DNA of 64,000 nucleotides. It comes from a virus. Shown in pieces: positions 32,348 through 43,682 of the stretch (positions are counted from its first letter, which is position 1; the number at the start of each line of letters is the position of its first letter). Where the stretch lies: positions 27,724 through 91,723 of IMG/VR virus record IMGVR_UViG_3300019742_000002; one strand, written 5' to 3'. The position numbers and the translations under genes are program-made. Under the pieces are notes generated by a model. It did no database searches. It had not been told where the DNA came from and saw only the letters and a program-made list of their open reading frames with translations.

Positions 32348-33643
32348 TTGAGTGAAATACCTAAAAAAACCAAAAAATCTATAAGACAATATGTACAAGA
32401 GGATGAGATTAAATTTTATATATACCTTTTTAAATATTCCCAACAATTAAAAAATATTGAAGAAATGACTAAAGAAGAAATATTAGAAAAACATAAAAAG
32501 GCCGTTCAAGCTAGATTGAAAAGAATTAAATCGAGTATTCTAAGGAAATATGAAAATTTTTTAAATGTCATTGAGGCTGGTGATAATGATTTAACTGATG
32601 AGTTTGTCTTATCAAGGTTTAATAAATTAGATAGAGATAATAAAGAAATATATACTGATTCTTTAGAGGGTATTTTTATATATAATAAAAATAAAGAGTA
32701 TGTTAAATGTTGGGAAGCACCTATAGATAGAGATTTAATTATAAAAGAATTTAATGAGAAGAGGAATAATTATATAGAATTTCTTGAAAATACGGACAAT
32801 AAAAGATTTAAAAATGAGTTAGATTATGTAAAAAATATTAAAATATCTTCTAATACATCTAAGGAAAAATTTGGTAAAATTATAATGATTATGGTACATA
32901 ACTTATTAAAAATGCCTAGTTTTAGTTCGTATACAGATAATTGGAGTTCTGATTTTTATTCAAATGCTGTAGAGAAAATATTATTATATACTCATAATTA
33001 TGATGAAAATATACTATCTTCTATATCAGGTCAAAAAAGTAAAGCCTTTGCATATATAACACAAGTTTGTACCAATGCTTTTAGGAATATTATAAATACA
33101 AGAAAAGAAGATGAGGAGTGTCTTAGAGATACTATTTCATTGAGTACATTTCACACCGATGGTGTATTAATAGATTCTACCAACAAAAGTACATATATTA
33201 ATGAACATAACTCAATAAAAATTAGACTAAAAACTAAAGACATTCTTATAGAGATTAAAGATTATATTGATAAAATTAGAGAAACTAATTCTATAAACTT
33301 TGCTAATATATCTATAAAAACTGAGTTAAAATATTTAAAAGAGGATATAGATGAGGTTGATAAAAATAGTGACTATTATGATTATATAGAACAACTAGAA
33401 AATAAAATAAATCATTCTAAGTTGATAGAAGATTTAAGTAACAACGAAGACGAAATTGAAGGTGTTACATTTATAAAAGATTCTAGTATTAGTTTAACTG
33501 AGGATATTTTAAACGAAATAGAGGCTTATAAAGGTTCTCTATATGTATCAATAATAAATTATAAAGAACCTATAGAAATTGAAAAAGAGGAAATTATAGA
33601 AAAAATAGTTAAGAAAAAGGTGGATTTTACAGATGAGTTCTAA
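32348..33643 (+). CDS. 55: late-transcription sigma factor gp55, extended
   Basis: FGKIIMIM..PSFSSYTDNW..NYD..AFAYITQVCTNAF; followed by gp47. Confidence 0.85.
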   Translation: MSEIPKKTKKSIRQYVQEDEIKFYIYLFKYSQQLKNIEEMTKEEILEKHKKAVQARLKRIKSSILRKYENFLNVIEAGDNDLTDEFVLSRFNKLDRDNKEIYTDSLEGIFIYNKNKEYVKCWEAPIDRDLIIKEFNEKRNNYIEFLENTDNKRFKNELDYVKNIKISSNTSKEKFGKIIMIMVHNLLKMPSFSSYTDNWSSDFYSNAVEKILLYTHNYDENILSSISGQKSKAFAYITQVCTNAFRNIINTRKEDEECLRDTISLSTFHTDGVLIDSTNKSTYINEHNSIKIRLKTKDILIEIKDYIDKIRETNSINFANISIKTELKYLKEDIDEVDKNSDYYDYIEQLENKINHSKLIEDLSNNEDEIEGVTFIKDSSISLTEDILNEIEAYKGSLYVSIINYKEPIEIEKEEIIEKIVKKKVDFTDEF

Positions 33644-34736
33644 AGTTATTATATTAGGAGATACTCATTTTGGTATCAAGAAGTTTTCGTTAGAATTTCT
33701 TGATAATCAACTAGAACTTTTTAATTCTCAAATATTTCCATATATGCAAGAGAATAATATAAAAGAAATATATCAATTAGGAGACCTTTTTGATAATAGA
33801 ACAACAGCTGAAGTTGGTTGGCTAGAGAGTGTTAAATCTAAATTCTTTGAGACTCTAAAAGAAAAAGATATAGTTCTATATACTCTATTAGGAAATCACG
33901 ATATTTATTTCAGAGAGTCAAGAGAAATATCTTTAATCGAAACATTTTCTGAACTATACCCTAATAATTTTAAGATATTTAAAGAGAGAACTTCAATAAA
34001 TCTTTTGGGTAGAGAAACATATATAGTGCCTTGGATTACTAAAAATGAATCTCTTGAATATAATGAAATAAAAGATAAAGAAATCATTTTAGGTCATTTT
34101 GAAATTAGAGATTTTAGTATGGTTAAAGGTCATGTGGATAAATCGTCAAAACTAACTAAAAACTTTTTTAAAACTGATACTAAAGTAGATAGAGTGTTTT
34201 CGGGTCATTATCATCTAAAAAATACAGATTCTGATATAAAATATTTAGGTACACCTTTTCAACTAACTTTTGCTGACCATAAAGAAGAAAAGGGTTTTTA
34301 TGTATGGGATGGTTGGAATTTAGAATTTATAGAGAATACTTGCACTAAAAGATTTATAGAAATTCATTATAATGATTCAAATTTAGATGGTAATGTTGAG
34401 GTTATAGGATTAGCTAAAGAAAGTTTATATTATACCAAAGACGAGTTTAAGGATACTTTAGAGAGTTTAGAAAAACACGATTGTAAATTTATAGTAAAAG
34501 AATCTAAAAATAGAGATTTTGACGATATTATATTTAACATAAAAGAATCTAAAATAAAAGTATCAATATCTAATCAACAAGAAGTTAAAGAGCTTATAGG
34601 TGATGTAACAAATATTGATGAAAGTGTTCTCAAAGATACTAGAAAATTTATATTAGATAAAGTGAAAGATAGTGATGAAAATTTAGTTCCTACTTTATTG
34701 GAAATTTTTAGTGATTTGGATTCAATTACAAGCTAA
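33633..34736 (+). CDS. 47: recombination endonuclease subunit gp47 (Mre11/SbcD)
   Basis: GDTHFG, GDLFDNR, GNHD, GHFE, SGHYH. Confidence 0.92.
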   Translation: MSSKVIILGDTHFGIKKFSLEFLDNQLELFNSQIFPYMQENNIKEIYQLGDLFDNRTTAEVGWLESVKSKFFETLKEKDIVLYTLLGNHDIYFRESREISLIETFSELYPNNFKIFKERTSINLLGRETYIVPWITKNESLEYNEIKDKEIILGHFEIRDFSMVKGHVDKSSKLTKNFFKTDTKVDRVFSGHYHLKNTDSDIKYLGTPFQLTFADHKEEKGFYVWDGWNLEFIENTCTKRFIEIHYNDSNLDGNVEVIGLAKESLYYTKDEFKDTLESLEKHDCKFIVKESKNRDFDDIIFNIKESKIKVSISNQQEVKELIGDVTNIDESVLKDTRKFILDKVKDSDENLVPTLLEIFSDLDSITS

Positions 34737-34782
34737 TTTTTAATATTTTAAACAAGTATTAGCTATAATATAGACAATTAAA

Positions 34783-35556
34783 AAAGATTAACTAAAGTGT
34801 TTATTAGTTTTTCTTATTAATTTATTTTTTTAAAATATGAAAGCAAATTTAAGATAGCTCTATCTTTTTTCATATTTAAAACTTTTTATATAAAATACCT
34901 CCGTTTAATTCCCTTTTTTACATTTCATCTATAAGTTTTAATTCATTAATATATAACTATAAAAAGATACTCTTCAATTAAACATAATAAATAATATCTA
35001 TAGTTTACAGTTGCTCAAAAGAGTATCTACGATTAAATATATTAATTTATAACTTTTAAAATTTTTTATTCTTTTCTTTATTATAAGAGTTTTTATTTAC
35101 AAATTTCACTTTTTATAAGTTTTTATTATATTTAAACTATTATATTCAATCGTAGATACTCTTTATAAATTTCATATAGTAATTCACTTTATCTACTATA
35201 GTCAATCAAAACAATACTTCAATATAAACTATGTACTATTTAATCATCCATAAACTACCTTTAAACCACTTTAAATAATATATCCTATACCTTACTATTA
35301 AAATCAATTAATAAAGCCTTAAAATACCCAATAAAATCATCTATGATTAAAACTATAATAAAAACTTATAATAATCAAAATTTGTAAATAAAAACTCTTA
35401 TAATAAAGAAAAAGAATTAAAAATTTTAAAAGCTATAAATTAATATATTCAATCGTAGATACTTTTTTATTTTAAATGATTAAGTAATTATATACTATAG
35501 ATATTAAATGATGATTATAGATGAAATGTGAAAAAAGGAATTAAACGGAGGTATTT
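34783..35556. repeat. quasi-palindromic repeat block A (element copies 2 at 35021-35161 and 3 at 35338-35462)
   Basis: Two opposed elements flanked by opposed AAATACCTCCGTTTAATTCC motifs; inverted homolog at 52447-53049. Confidence 0.88.
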
Positions 35557-36114
35557 CTATAAAAGTTTCACATTCCAATACTGTATATCACTCTCTTTTA
35601 GATTGTATGGATTTGTATAATATCTTGTTCTATTTCTAAAGGCATTAATTCTACATCTTTTATTTCTTGCCTCAAAATATTTTATAAGCTCATCACCACC
35701 TCTAAAGAATATATTAAATAAAGGTTTTAATATACCCTCAAATCTACTATCACTTATTTCATTTCTTAATTTAACTGATATAATTTGCATACATAAAGGA
35801 TGTGAGTTTTTTGTTTTGTGGCAATAAGAATGTAAATCTTCTAATTTAGGTACTGTTGTATACCCACTAGTTTTAATAGGAGAATTACTCATATTTATTG
35901 TATAATCCTTTCTATCTACCCTTAAATACATATCCAATTTTCTAATATCACCTCTAATATCACCACCGTTAGTATTAAAACTTATACGAAATGACGAACT
36001 TTTATCAATAACTATATATTCATTCAACGAAATATTTTTATAACTAGTATCTTTATCCTCTAAATATTGAACAATATACTCAACTACATTTTCTAATAAA
36101 CTTTTAATTTTCAT
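35557..36114 (-). CDS. hypothetical protein
   Basis: ORF with RBS and early promoter. Confidence 0.6.
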   Translation of the reverse strand: MKIKSLLENVVEYIVQYLEDKDTSYKNISLNEYIVIDKSSSFRISFNTNGGDIRGDIRKLDMYLRVDRKDYTINMSNSPIKTSGYTTVPKLEDLHSYCHKTKNSHPLCMQIISVKLRNEISDSRFEGILKPLFNIFFRGGDELIKYFEARNKRCRINAFRNRTRYYTNPYNLKESDIQYWNVKLL

Positions 36115-36192
36115 ATTATACCCTTTTATATTTTGTTAATTATACCCACTTAAACTTAAATCTTTATAAATAATCCTAAAAGGATACCTAAA

Positions 36193-36969
36193 ATGTCTAT
36201 ACAAGATATAATTAACAATAAAACTACCTCAACATCTCCAACAAATTCTTACAGGGCTACTGTAGTTGATGTTGAAGACCCCGAGAAATTAGGAAGAGTT
36301 AAAGTAAGAATTGATGGAATACATTCTGACGATGTTAATATAGAACATTTACCTTGGTCTGAATGTTCAGCTAGTTTAGACGGTGCCGGACCTAATAATA
36401 AAGGTACTTCTAGTGTTCCTTTAAAAGACGCTAAAGTCAATATAACTCTTGATGAGGGTGATTGGAATAAACCTATAGTTCAATCAGCTTCCAATATAGC
36501 AAGTTCTTCTCAAACAGGTAAAGACCTAGATAAATCTCCTATAACTCTTGTAAAGGGTGCTAATAGAGACCAAGGAGTTCCATCAGGTCAGGGTAAAAGT
36601 TGGGATGAACCTAAAGATACTACAAAAGATTCTAAATATCCTAATAATACTGTAACAGAAACTTCATCAGGTCATATAATTCAACAAGATGATTCATCAG
36701 GAAATAGTAGATTAAATACTATGCACAAATCAGGAACATTTACAGAAATGGCTGATAATGGTGATTATTCTACTAAGGTTATTGGAGTTAAAAAAGAGAT
36801 AGTTCAGGGGGATAATTTTGTGTTAAATAAGAGTAATTATACAAATACTACACAAGGAAGTTCTGAAATAAAAATTGATGGGTCTTCTAAAAGAGTTATA
36901 AATGGTGGTGAAGAGGTGACGGCAGGTTCTTCATTTAAAGTAACTGCTGGTGTTATTTTTTTAAATTAA
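36193..36969 (+). CDS. 5: baseplate hub/spike gp5-like (OB-fold + beta-helix, no lysozyme domain)
   Basis: VVDVEDPEKLGRVKVRI.G.H, LPW, YPNN.V.ET.SGH...DD, HKSGT; late promoter. Confidence 0.88.
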   Translation: MSIQDIINNKTTSTSPTNSYRATVVDVEDPEKLGRVKVRIDGIHSDDVNIEHLPWSECSASLDGAGPNNKGTSSVPLKDAKVNITLDEGDWNKPIVQSASNIASSSQTGKDLDKSPITLVKGANRDQGVPSGQGKSWDEPKDTTKDSKYPNNTVTETSSGHIIQQDDSSGNSRLNTMHKSGTFTEMADNGDYSTKVIGVKKEIVQGDNFVLNKSNYTNTTQGSSEIKIDGSSKRVINGGEEVTAGSSFKVTAGVIFLN

Positions 36970-36985
36970 TATATTTTTATAAAAA

Positions 36986-37109
36986 GTATCTACGATTGAA
37001 TATATTAATTTATAACTTTTAAAATTTTTAATTCTTTTCTTTATTATAAGAGTTTTTATTTATAAATTTCACTTTTTATAAGTTTTTATTATATTTTTAA
37101 TCTTAGATG
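36986..37109 (-). repeat. dispersed ~130-bp element, copy 4
   Basis: Reverse-complement match to copy 1. Confidence 0.9.
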
Positions 37110-37127
37110 GTTTTTATAAATATTAGT

Positions 37128-37598
37128 ATGAAAAGAAAATATAAACAAGGTATATATATACCAATAAACCCAAGTAAATTTTATATAACTAAAACATTTG
37201 ATATGAAAGAAATTTGTATAAAATATAGGTCAAGTTATGAGTATAAATTTTTAGTATTTTGTGATATGAACCCTGATATAATAAAGGTAAATTCGGAGGG
37301 GTTAATAATACCATACTATAATCCAATTACAAATAAAAAATCTAAATATTATATGGATTTTGTAGTTAAGAATAAAAAGGGAGTTATATTTATAGTTGAG
37401 GTTAAGCCATACTCACAAACGATTAAACCAAAACCTCCTAAAAATTCATCGGCTAAATCAAGAGAAAATTATGATAAAGCTATAGAGACATTTATTGTTA
37501 ATTCGGCTAAATGGGAGTCAGCTAGAGAATTTGCAAGAAATAATAAATGCAGTTTTATGATAGTTTCAGAAGAAACTTTAGGAATTAAAGTGAGATAG
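37128..37598 (+). CDS. 4: head completion nuclease (T4 gp4-like)
   Basis: YKQG.Y.P.NP.K, YRSSYE, SE...IPY, YYMDF, EVKP..Q, N.AKW. Confidence 0.9.
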   Translation: MKRKYKQGIYIPINPSKFYITKTFDMKEICIKYRSSYEYKFLVFCDMNPDIIKVNSEGLIIPYYNPITNKKSKYYMDFVVKNKKGVIFIVEVKPYSQTIKPKPPKNSSAKSRENYDKAIETFIVNSAKWESAREFARNNKCSFMIVSEETLGIKVR

Positions 37599-38031
37599 TA
37601 TTAAAGAATTTTTGAATCTCTTTATTATCTATTTCTTTTAATTTTAATATATCTAACATATATTTATAGTCATTATCTGAGATTTCATATAATTTATTAA
37701 AGTTTTTGATATAGGATAGAGTAAATTTATCGACAAATCTTTTATTGTAATAATGTAATGACAATTTTAATAACCTCTTAAATAAAATCAACCTTTTAAT
37801 TTTCATACTATCTTTTTGACTTATTTTAATATACTCTTTTACTTGTTTCAATACCAAAATCCTATAATTCCAATTATGTTTATATATGCCATTTTTATCT
37901 ATATAGTCTAATAATTGATTTTTAAATGAGATTTTATGATGAATTATCTTTTGTTTCTTTATTGGCGTATTTCTAAAATATCCTAAAGGAGGTATAAATT
38001 CTCCTTTAGGTACTACAAGAGTTGGTTTCAT
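37585..38031 (-). CDS. hypothetical protein
   Basis: ORF with AAGGA RBS. Confidence 0.55.
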   Translation of the reverse strand: MKPTLVVPKGEFIPPLGYFRNTPIKKQKIIHHKISFKNQLLDYIDKNGIYKHNWNYRILVLKQVKEYIKISQKDSMKIKRLILFKRLLKLSLHYYNKRFVDKFTLSYIKNFNKLYEISDNDYKYMLDILKLKEIDNKEIQKFFNTISL

Positions 38032-38318
38032 TTTATTCCTTTAATTTTTATACTCTCACAATTGGTCTAATTGTACCTTTTGATTTACCTGTTTTAAATC
38101 AACCTCTAATCATAGACCATTTTTATATAGTTTAGATACTCATCTATACCCTAAAGCATCTACTATTGACTTTATGAACCATAATACAAGAATGAATGGT
38201 AAAATTTCCTTTATCATTTTATCTCCTTATTTTTGTAATTATACTCTAATAGACTTAAAGTATTTGATTATGTACATACATATTTCTAGCCATAATAGGA
38301 ATATCAACATACCTCAAA

Positions 38319-38497
38319 TTATAAACCTTTTGAAAGAGTTCGTCTATTTTGTTCTCTTGCACTTACAAAGGCTAAAGCAGAAGCACAAAAACTTTCTATA
38401 CTTGATTGTGAAGTATTTCCTGGACAAAATTTAATATCAACTAAACCATTTTTTTCTCTTTATCTACCCATTCTTGTAATTTTCTTACATTTGTCAT
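38319..38497 (-). pseudogene. small ORF frameshifted in an A7 tract
   Basis: RBS+ATG; one extra A gives a 59-aa MTNVRKLQEWVDKEKKNGLVDIKFCPG..SKGL. Confidence 0.5.
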
Positions 38498-38546
38498 TTT
38501 ATATTCCTTATTTTTATAATTATACTATAATAAATTTAATTCAAAC

Positions 38547-38846
38547 TTAAAAATATATAGAGTCTCCGTCTAATTCAAATTTAATTCTAAAATTACCTTC
38601 AATCAAATCTAAATAAGCATCATTAGCCTTATCATTACTATAAAACTTAATCCCTAACTTTGTTTTTGTGGGTATTTCTTCTTTAATTTTATATCCTAAA
38701 TCTCTAAGATATTTTTGAGGAGTTAATCTTCTTTCTTGTAGTTTTTGAACCTCTATTTTTGAACCTCTTATAACCTTATCCTGTTCAACAATCTTTTTAG
38801 GTTCTTTATCTTTCAAAAGAACCCTAAAATCCATAGAATTTATCAT
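38547..38846 (-). CDS. hypothetical late protein
   Basis: Coupled to gp68-like gene; MDFRVLL leader. Confidence 0.6.
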   Translation of the reverse strand: MINSMDFRVLLKDKEPKKIVEQDKVIRGSKIEVQKLQERRLTPQKYLRDLGYKIKEEIPTKTKLGIKFYSNDKANDAYLDLIEGNFRIKFELDGDSIYF

Positions 38847-39475
38847 CTACCTATCCTTAGTCTATTTTTGATATGCTTAATAAGTTTTTTGATACCATTA
38901 GCCTTTATAATAACCATATCAGCATCCCAATCATCATCTTTATACATTCTATTATGTTGGTTTGAATATCTTTGTATATAATCCTCATAAGTTATTTTAG
39001 TAGCTTTATTGAAAACATCTCTAAAGTCGTTGAACTCTTCATCATCTTGACCAAATTCCACATATCCTCCTCTGTCATCGTGAACTTCATACATATCATC
39101 TATATATATTATTGTACAATTCTCTTTAAAGCCATGAAATAGAGTACCTAAGCCAATCGTAGGGTTACTCTCATCTAAACCTAGGGATTGTCTTTTTCTT
39201 GCTAATTTCTTAGCTCTCATCTTTAATTTAGAGGCATTTTTCTTTTTTGCTTTTTCTCTTTTTATAGCAGTTTTTTTATTTTTTACTATATCAGCTGGAC
39301 TCATTTTCTTACACTTACCATCTTTTTTTTCGTAATTTAATGCTGGTTTTCCATCATCATCCATACATATTTGTTTAGTAACTTTTTTATAGTTTCCCTT
39401 GTCATCAGGTATCATCTTTCTAATTTTTTGAAGCTTAACCTCATTTATTTTCATTAGTTCTCTAAAGTCATCCAT
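38843..39475 (-). CDS. prohead core protein gp68-like with C-terminal extra domain
   Basis: Basic helix ending KKLARKRQSLGL (cf. T4 gp68 ...RRKALGL); late promoter. Confidence 0.6.
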   Translation of the reverse strand: MDDFRELMKINEVKLQKIRKMIPDDKGNYKKVTKQICMDDDGKPALNYEKKDGKCKKMSPADIVKNKKTAIKREKAKKKNASKLKMRAKKLARKRQSLGLDESNPTIGLGTLFHGFKENCTIIYIDDMYEVHDDRGGYVEFGQDDEEFNDFRDVFNKATKITYEDYIQRYSNQHNRMYKDDDWDADMVIIKANGIKKLIKHIKNRLRIGR

Positions 39476-39535
39476 CTAATATCTCCTTTTTATATATTTA
39501 TAAATAATTATATAAAACCAAAATTAAGGATGTAA

Positions 39536-40939
39536 ATGTTAAATAAAAAATTAGAAGAAGATTTTAAAAAGGTCTTTATAATCGATACAAACATAATATT
39601 AGATAATGCAAATAATATTTTCCAACTCTCACAGAATAACGAAAATTTAATCGTAATTCCTGAAACTGTATTAGATGAGGTTGATTCTAAGAAAAGTATT
39701 ATGGGAGAAATTGGTTATCAGGCTAGACAATTTGCAAGAACTATTTCTGATATAAATCCTATCAAAGAGGTTAATAATGGATTAACCACAATCAAAGTAA
39801 ATGTAGAGAGTATATCTTTATATATAATTTCTAAAGATAACTATAAAACTGAGGGTGAAGAAAATAATATAAAAAATGATAGAAAAATATTAGAAATTAG
39901 TAACGATTTTATAAAGACATTCAATTTAAATAATGCTTATTTTATATCTCTTGATGTAATGGCTAGAGTTCGTGCTATATCTTTAGGAATTAATACAGAA
40001 TTTTTCAATAATGGAGTAAAGGAAGAAAAATCAATTGAATATATTAAGAATATTATTGTAGATGAACATCCAAAAAATAATACCGATATATTGGAAATTG
40101 ACCCAGAATATAAAATTAGTGATTATTCTTATGTTATAGATAATGGAGCATTTAAGAAAGTAGCTGTTATTCAAAATGGTAAGTTAGTTTATATAGATGA
40201 TGAAGAATTAGCTAAACAAGATGTAAAACCTTTAAATATAGAGCAAAAATTATTTACTCACGCTATATTGGATGATTATTATAAGTTAGTTTTATGTGAG
40301 GCTAAGGCAGGTAGTGGCAAGACTGCTATAGGTATTTCAACTGCTATGAGATTAGTTAGAGATAGAAATAGTCCATATAAGAAAATTATGTATATTAGAA
40401 ATTCTGTTGAGAGTGTTCAAAAAGGTGAAGAGATTGGTTTTTTAAAAGGTGGATTAGAGGAGAAATTAAGTATATACAATTTTCCTTTATACGATACTTT
40501 GTATTTTATAGCTGGTATTCAATTAAAAGCTTCCAATCACAATAAAAATACTAAAAATACAATTACTTCCGAAATGTTAGAAGAAAAGGTTGAAGAGCTA
40601 AAGAGTAGGTATTCTATAGAGACCCAGTGGTCTGGTTCGCTCCGTGGACGTACGATTTCGTCAGATACTATAGTGATTATGGATGAGGTTCAAAATTTTA
40701 GTGCGGCTACAACACAAACAGTTCTTAGTAGAATGGATAAAAGTTGTAAAGTAATTTTAGTTGGTTCATTTAGACAAATAGATAATCCTTATCTAAATAA
40801 ATATAATAACGGATTAAGTATTCTATTGAACTCAGCTCTTGAAAAACACGATGAGGTTAATCTATTTGCTGTAGAGCTTAAAAAAGTTCTTAGAGGCCCT
40901 ATTACTGAATTTGCAGAGAAAGTTTTTAGTAAGGATTAG
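39536..40939 (+). CDS. phoH: PIN-PhoH (PhoH2-like) protein
   Basis: IIDTNI PIN motif; AGSGKT, LRGRTI, DEVQN, QIDNPY. Confidence 0.92.
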   Translation: MLNKKLEEDFKKVFIIDTNIILDNANNIFQLSQNNENLIVIPETVLDEVDSKKSIMGEIGYQARQFARTISDINPIKEVNNGLTTIKVNVESISLYIISKDNYKTEGEENNIKNDRKILEISNDFIKTFNLNNAYFISLDVMARVRAISLGINTEFFNNGVKEEKSIEYIKNIIVDEHPKNNTDILEIDPEYKISDYSYVIDNGAFKKVAVIQNGKLVYIDDEELAKQDVKPLNIEQKLFTHAILDDYYKLVLCEAKAGSGKTAIGISTAMRLVRDRNSPYKKIMYIRNSVESVQKGEEIGFLKGGLEEKLSIYNFPLYDTLYFIAGIQLKASNHNKNTKNTITSEMLEEKVEELKSRYSIETQWSGSLRGRTISSDTIVIMDEVQNFSAATTQTVLSRMDKSCKVILVGSFRQIDNPYLNKYNNGLSILLNSALEKHDEVNLFAVELKKVLRGPITEFAEKVFSKD

Positions 40940-42182
40940 ATATTTAAATAAGGGGTATAATATCTATAACCCTTATTCTTTATTTAAACATTGAAGTATT
41001 CTTTTTCATTTCAATCAATTTTTTACCATCAATATCATCTAGTTTATCCTCTTCATTAATTTTAAGTCTCTTTTCTAACTCTCTTAATAATTTAGTAGCT
41101 TGTTCTGTATCTAAAAAATAATCCTCAATTTGTTCATCATCTCTCTTAACTGAAATCATAATATCAGCATCATTGTTTAAACTTCCTATACAACCATAAC
41201 CATAGGCTCTTATTGTTGTCATTTATATTCCTTTATTTTAATATCTCTAATTATACTCTTTTAAACTTAAAACTATCTAAAATATTTTTAAAGTTTTTAT
41301 TTTAAAAATATTATCTCTTTCTTTAAATGTAAGCCTTTTTCAAAACAGCACTAATTACATTGAACTATATCAAAATCATTTGTTCTTTGTTGAACTTGTC
41401 TCTTTTGAGTCTCTTTTATATTAGTTCCATCATATTTAATAGGTGAAAATATAAAACCCATCAAAACAAGTATATGAATAATATACGATGTCTTTTTAAA
41501 GCCTTTTTTGTAAATATAAAAAGCTAATCCTATAAATCCTGCTAATATTGTAAATTTAAGTATTGGAAACCAAGCTATTATAAATTCCATTTGTAATCTC
41601 CTTTAGATTTTATGTTTAACTTTAGTAATAGCTATACTGTACCCTATCATATCTATGTTTATATTCTTTTCTCATATCTTTTACATAATCCATATTTACC
41701 TTACGCTCTTCTGTTCCATCATTCCAAAAGATGTCACAAGAATTTCTTCTAACTTTACCAATCTCACCTATATATCCCGTAGGACTTATCACTTTTTTAC
41801 CTTTTTTCATTACATTCCTTTAATTTAATATTTAAAACTATAACTTTCTTACAATGACTTTGAAAGCGTTATAATCAACTCCTCAATTTCTTTAGGCATA
41901 GCTTTTCTATCTTCTCTTAAAAATACATCTTGGTCATATAAAGACTTATTATTACTTTTTAGAAATTTTAAAGCCTTTTCCCTTTCGTCAAAAGACTCCT
42001 CTATATTATCATATAATACTGTATATGTAATATGTCTTTTATCCTCTAACTCTTTACCAAGTTTTTTGATATATCTTATATCATCTCTAGTTAAACCTAA
42101 CTCTTGTGGTATTGTCATTTGTAAATCCTTTATTTTAATATCTCTAATTATACTCTTTTAAACTTAAAACTATATTAAAAAT

Positions 42183-42308
42183 CATCTAAGATTAAAACTA
42201 TAATAAAAACTTATAAAAAGTGAAATTTCTAATTAAAAACTCTTATAATAAAGAAAAAGAATTAAAAATTTTAAAAGTTATAAATTATTATATTCTCATC
42301 GTAGATAC
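42183..42308 (+). repeat. dispersed ~130-bp element, copy 5
   Basis: Match to copy 1. Confidence 0.9.
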
Positions 42309-42337
42309 TTTTTAAATTTTCTTGCCTCAACTAGCTA

Positions 42338-42868
42338 TCATTTCATAAACCTTTTAAATTTCATATAAAACCACATTCTTACCAATTCATATAAAGAAGA
42401 GTTAAATAATATATCCAAATCTTCTTTTAATTTTACTATTTTATTGTTTGATATGTTTAAATCAGTTTTTAAATCTACTATTTTATTGTTTGATATATCT
42501 AAATTAGCTTTTAAATTTCCGTTAGAATAGTCTAAATCACGAACTTTTGATTTAAGTGCTAGAGTATTCTTTTCTACTAATAATGATACTCTAGCTTCAA
42601 AAGTCATTCTACCTCTATCCTTAACTTTACTAATTGATATACCTTTTAGTAAATTTTCAGCTAAATTATTAGCCATACGACTTCTAACCTCATTATCCGA
42701 AATTATATCAATCATATCTCTATATTGGTCATAAGGAATACTATACATACTTTTGTTAATTTCGGGTTCATAAGTTATGGTATCAATTATTACACCCTCT
42801 CGTGTATATTCCGATTTAACCTCTACAGGGTCACTTGAATAATCTTTTCTTAATATATTTCTTATCAT
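42338..42868 (-). CDS. hypothetical coiled-coil protein
   Basis: Internal 14-aa tandem duplication (ISNNKIV). Confidence 0.6.
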   Translation of the reverse strand: MIRNILRKDYSSDPVEVKSEYTREGVIIDTITYEPEINKSMYSIPYDQYRDMIDIISDNEVRSRMANNLAENLLKGISISKVKDRGRMTFEARVSLLVEKNTLALKSKVRDLDYSNGNLKANLDISNNKIVDLKTDLNISNNKIVKLKEDLDILFNSSLYELVRMWFYMKFKRFMK

Positions 42869-43340
42869 CTTTAAGTCCTTTCTAATGTTCTACATAATTT
42901 ATAATATTTTGGATATTTCTTTAGGTTTTTGATATATTCTTCGTACTTTAACGATTTTATTGTTATTAAAATATAAGTTTCAAACATATCCGTAAGAAAT
43001 AACCTATTATCTTTAGGTATATTTTCTATCATTTTTAAGAATGCAATTCTTTCTAGTTTTGAGTTATATTCCACATTTTTTATATCAATACATTTATTAT
43101 ATATCTTTGGATAACTTTTTAAATTATCTATATAAATAACATTAAAATTTAAACTCTCTTCTATATTATATATACGGTTATAGAATTTATTTAGATATAG
43201 TATTATTTCTCCATTTTTTAAATTTTTTTATAATTTCTTTATATCTTTTTGACCTTATACATAGTTTACAATTACACATAATTTTATCCTTTATTTAATC
43301 TTAAATGAGGGTATAAAAATACCCTCTATTAAAACTAACT

Positions 43341-43682
43341 TTATTTAGCTATTAAACTTGTAATCATAGCTTGAACATTCACATCATCTTTTAATATTTT
43401 TTGAATATTATTAAACTCTGTTACATCGTCACCCGTTGAGCTTAGTTCATCTTTAAAAGCTTTAATCACTTTATTGACATTAGCAACACTTACACCTAAA
43501 TCTTTGGCGTTAGCTTTATTCTCTTTTTGTAACCCCCTAATCTTTTTAATATCAGCCTCATAACCTAAGTGAATTTTAGCAAACTCTAATATATTTTGAG
43601 CTTCCTCACTATCTTTAGCTTTCATAAAGTTATCCATCTTTTGTTGAAGAGGTGAAACCTCTATATCATTTAATTCGTCCAT
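43341..43682 (-). CDS. dsDNA-binding protein (T4 DsbA-like)
   Basis: Size and the IKKIR...AKDLGVS..NVNKVIK pattern. Confidence 0.5.
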   Translation of the reverse strand: MDELNDIEVSPLQQKMDNFMKAKDSEEAQNILEFAKIHLGYEADIKKIRGLQKENKANAKDLGVSVANVNKVIKAFKDELSSTGDDVTEFNNIQKILKDDVNVQAMITSLIAK

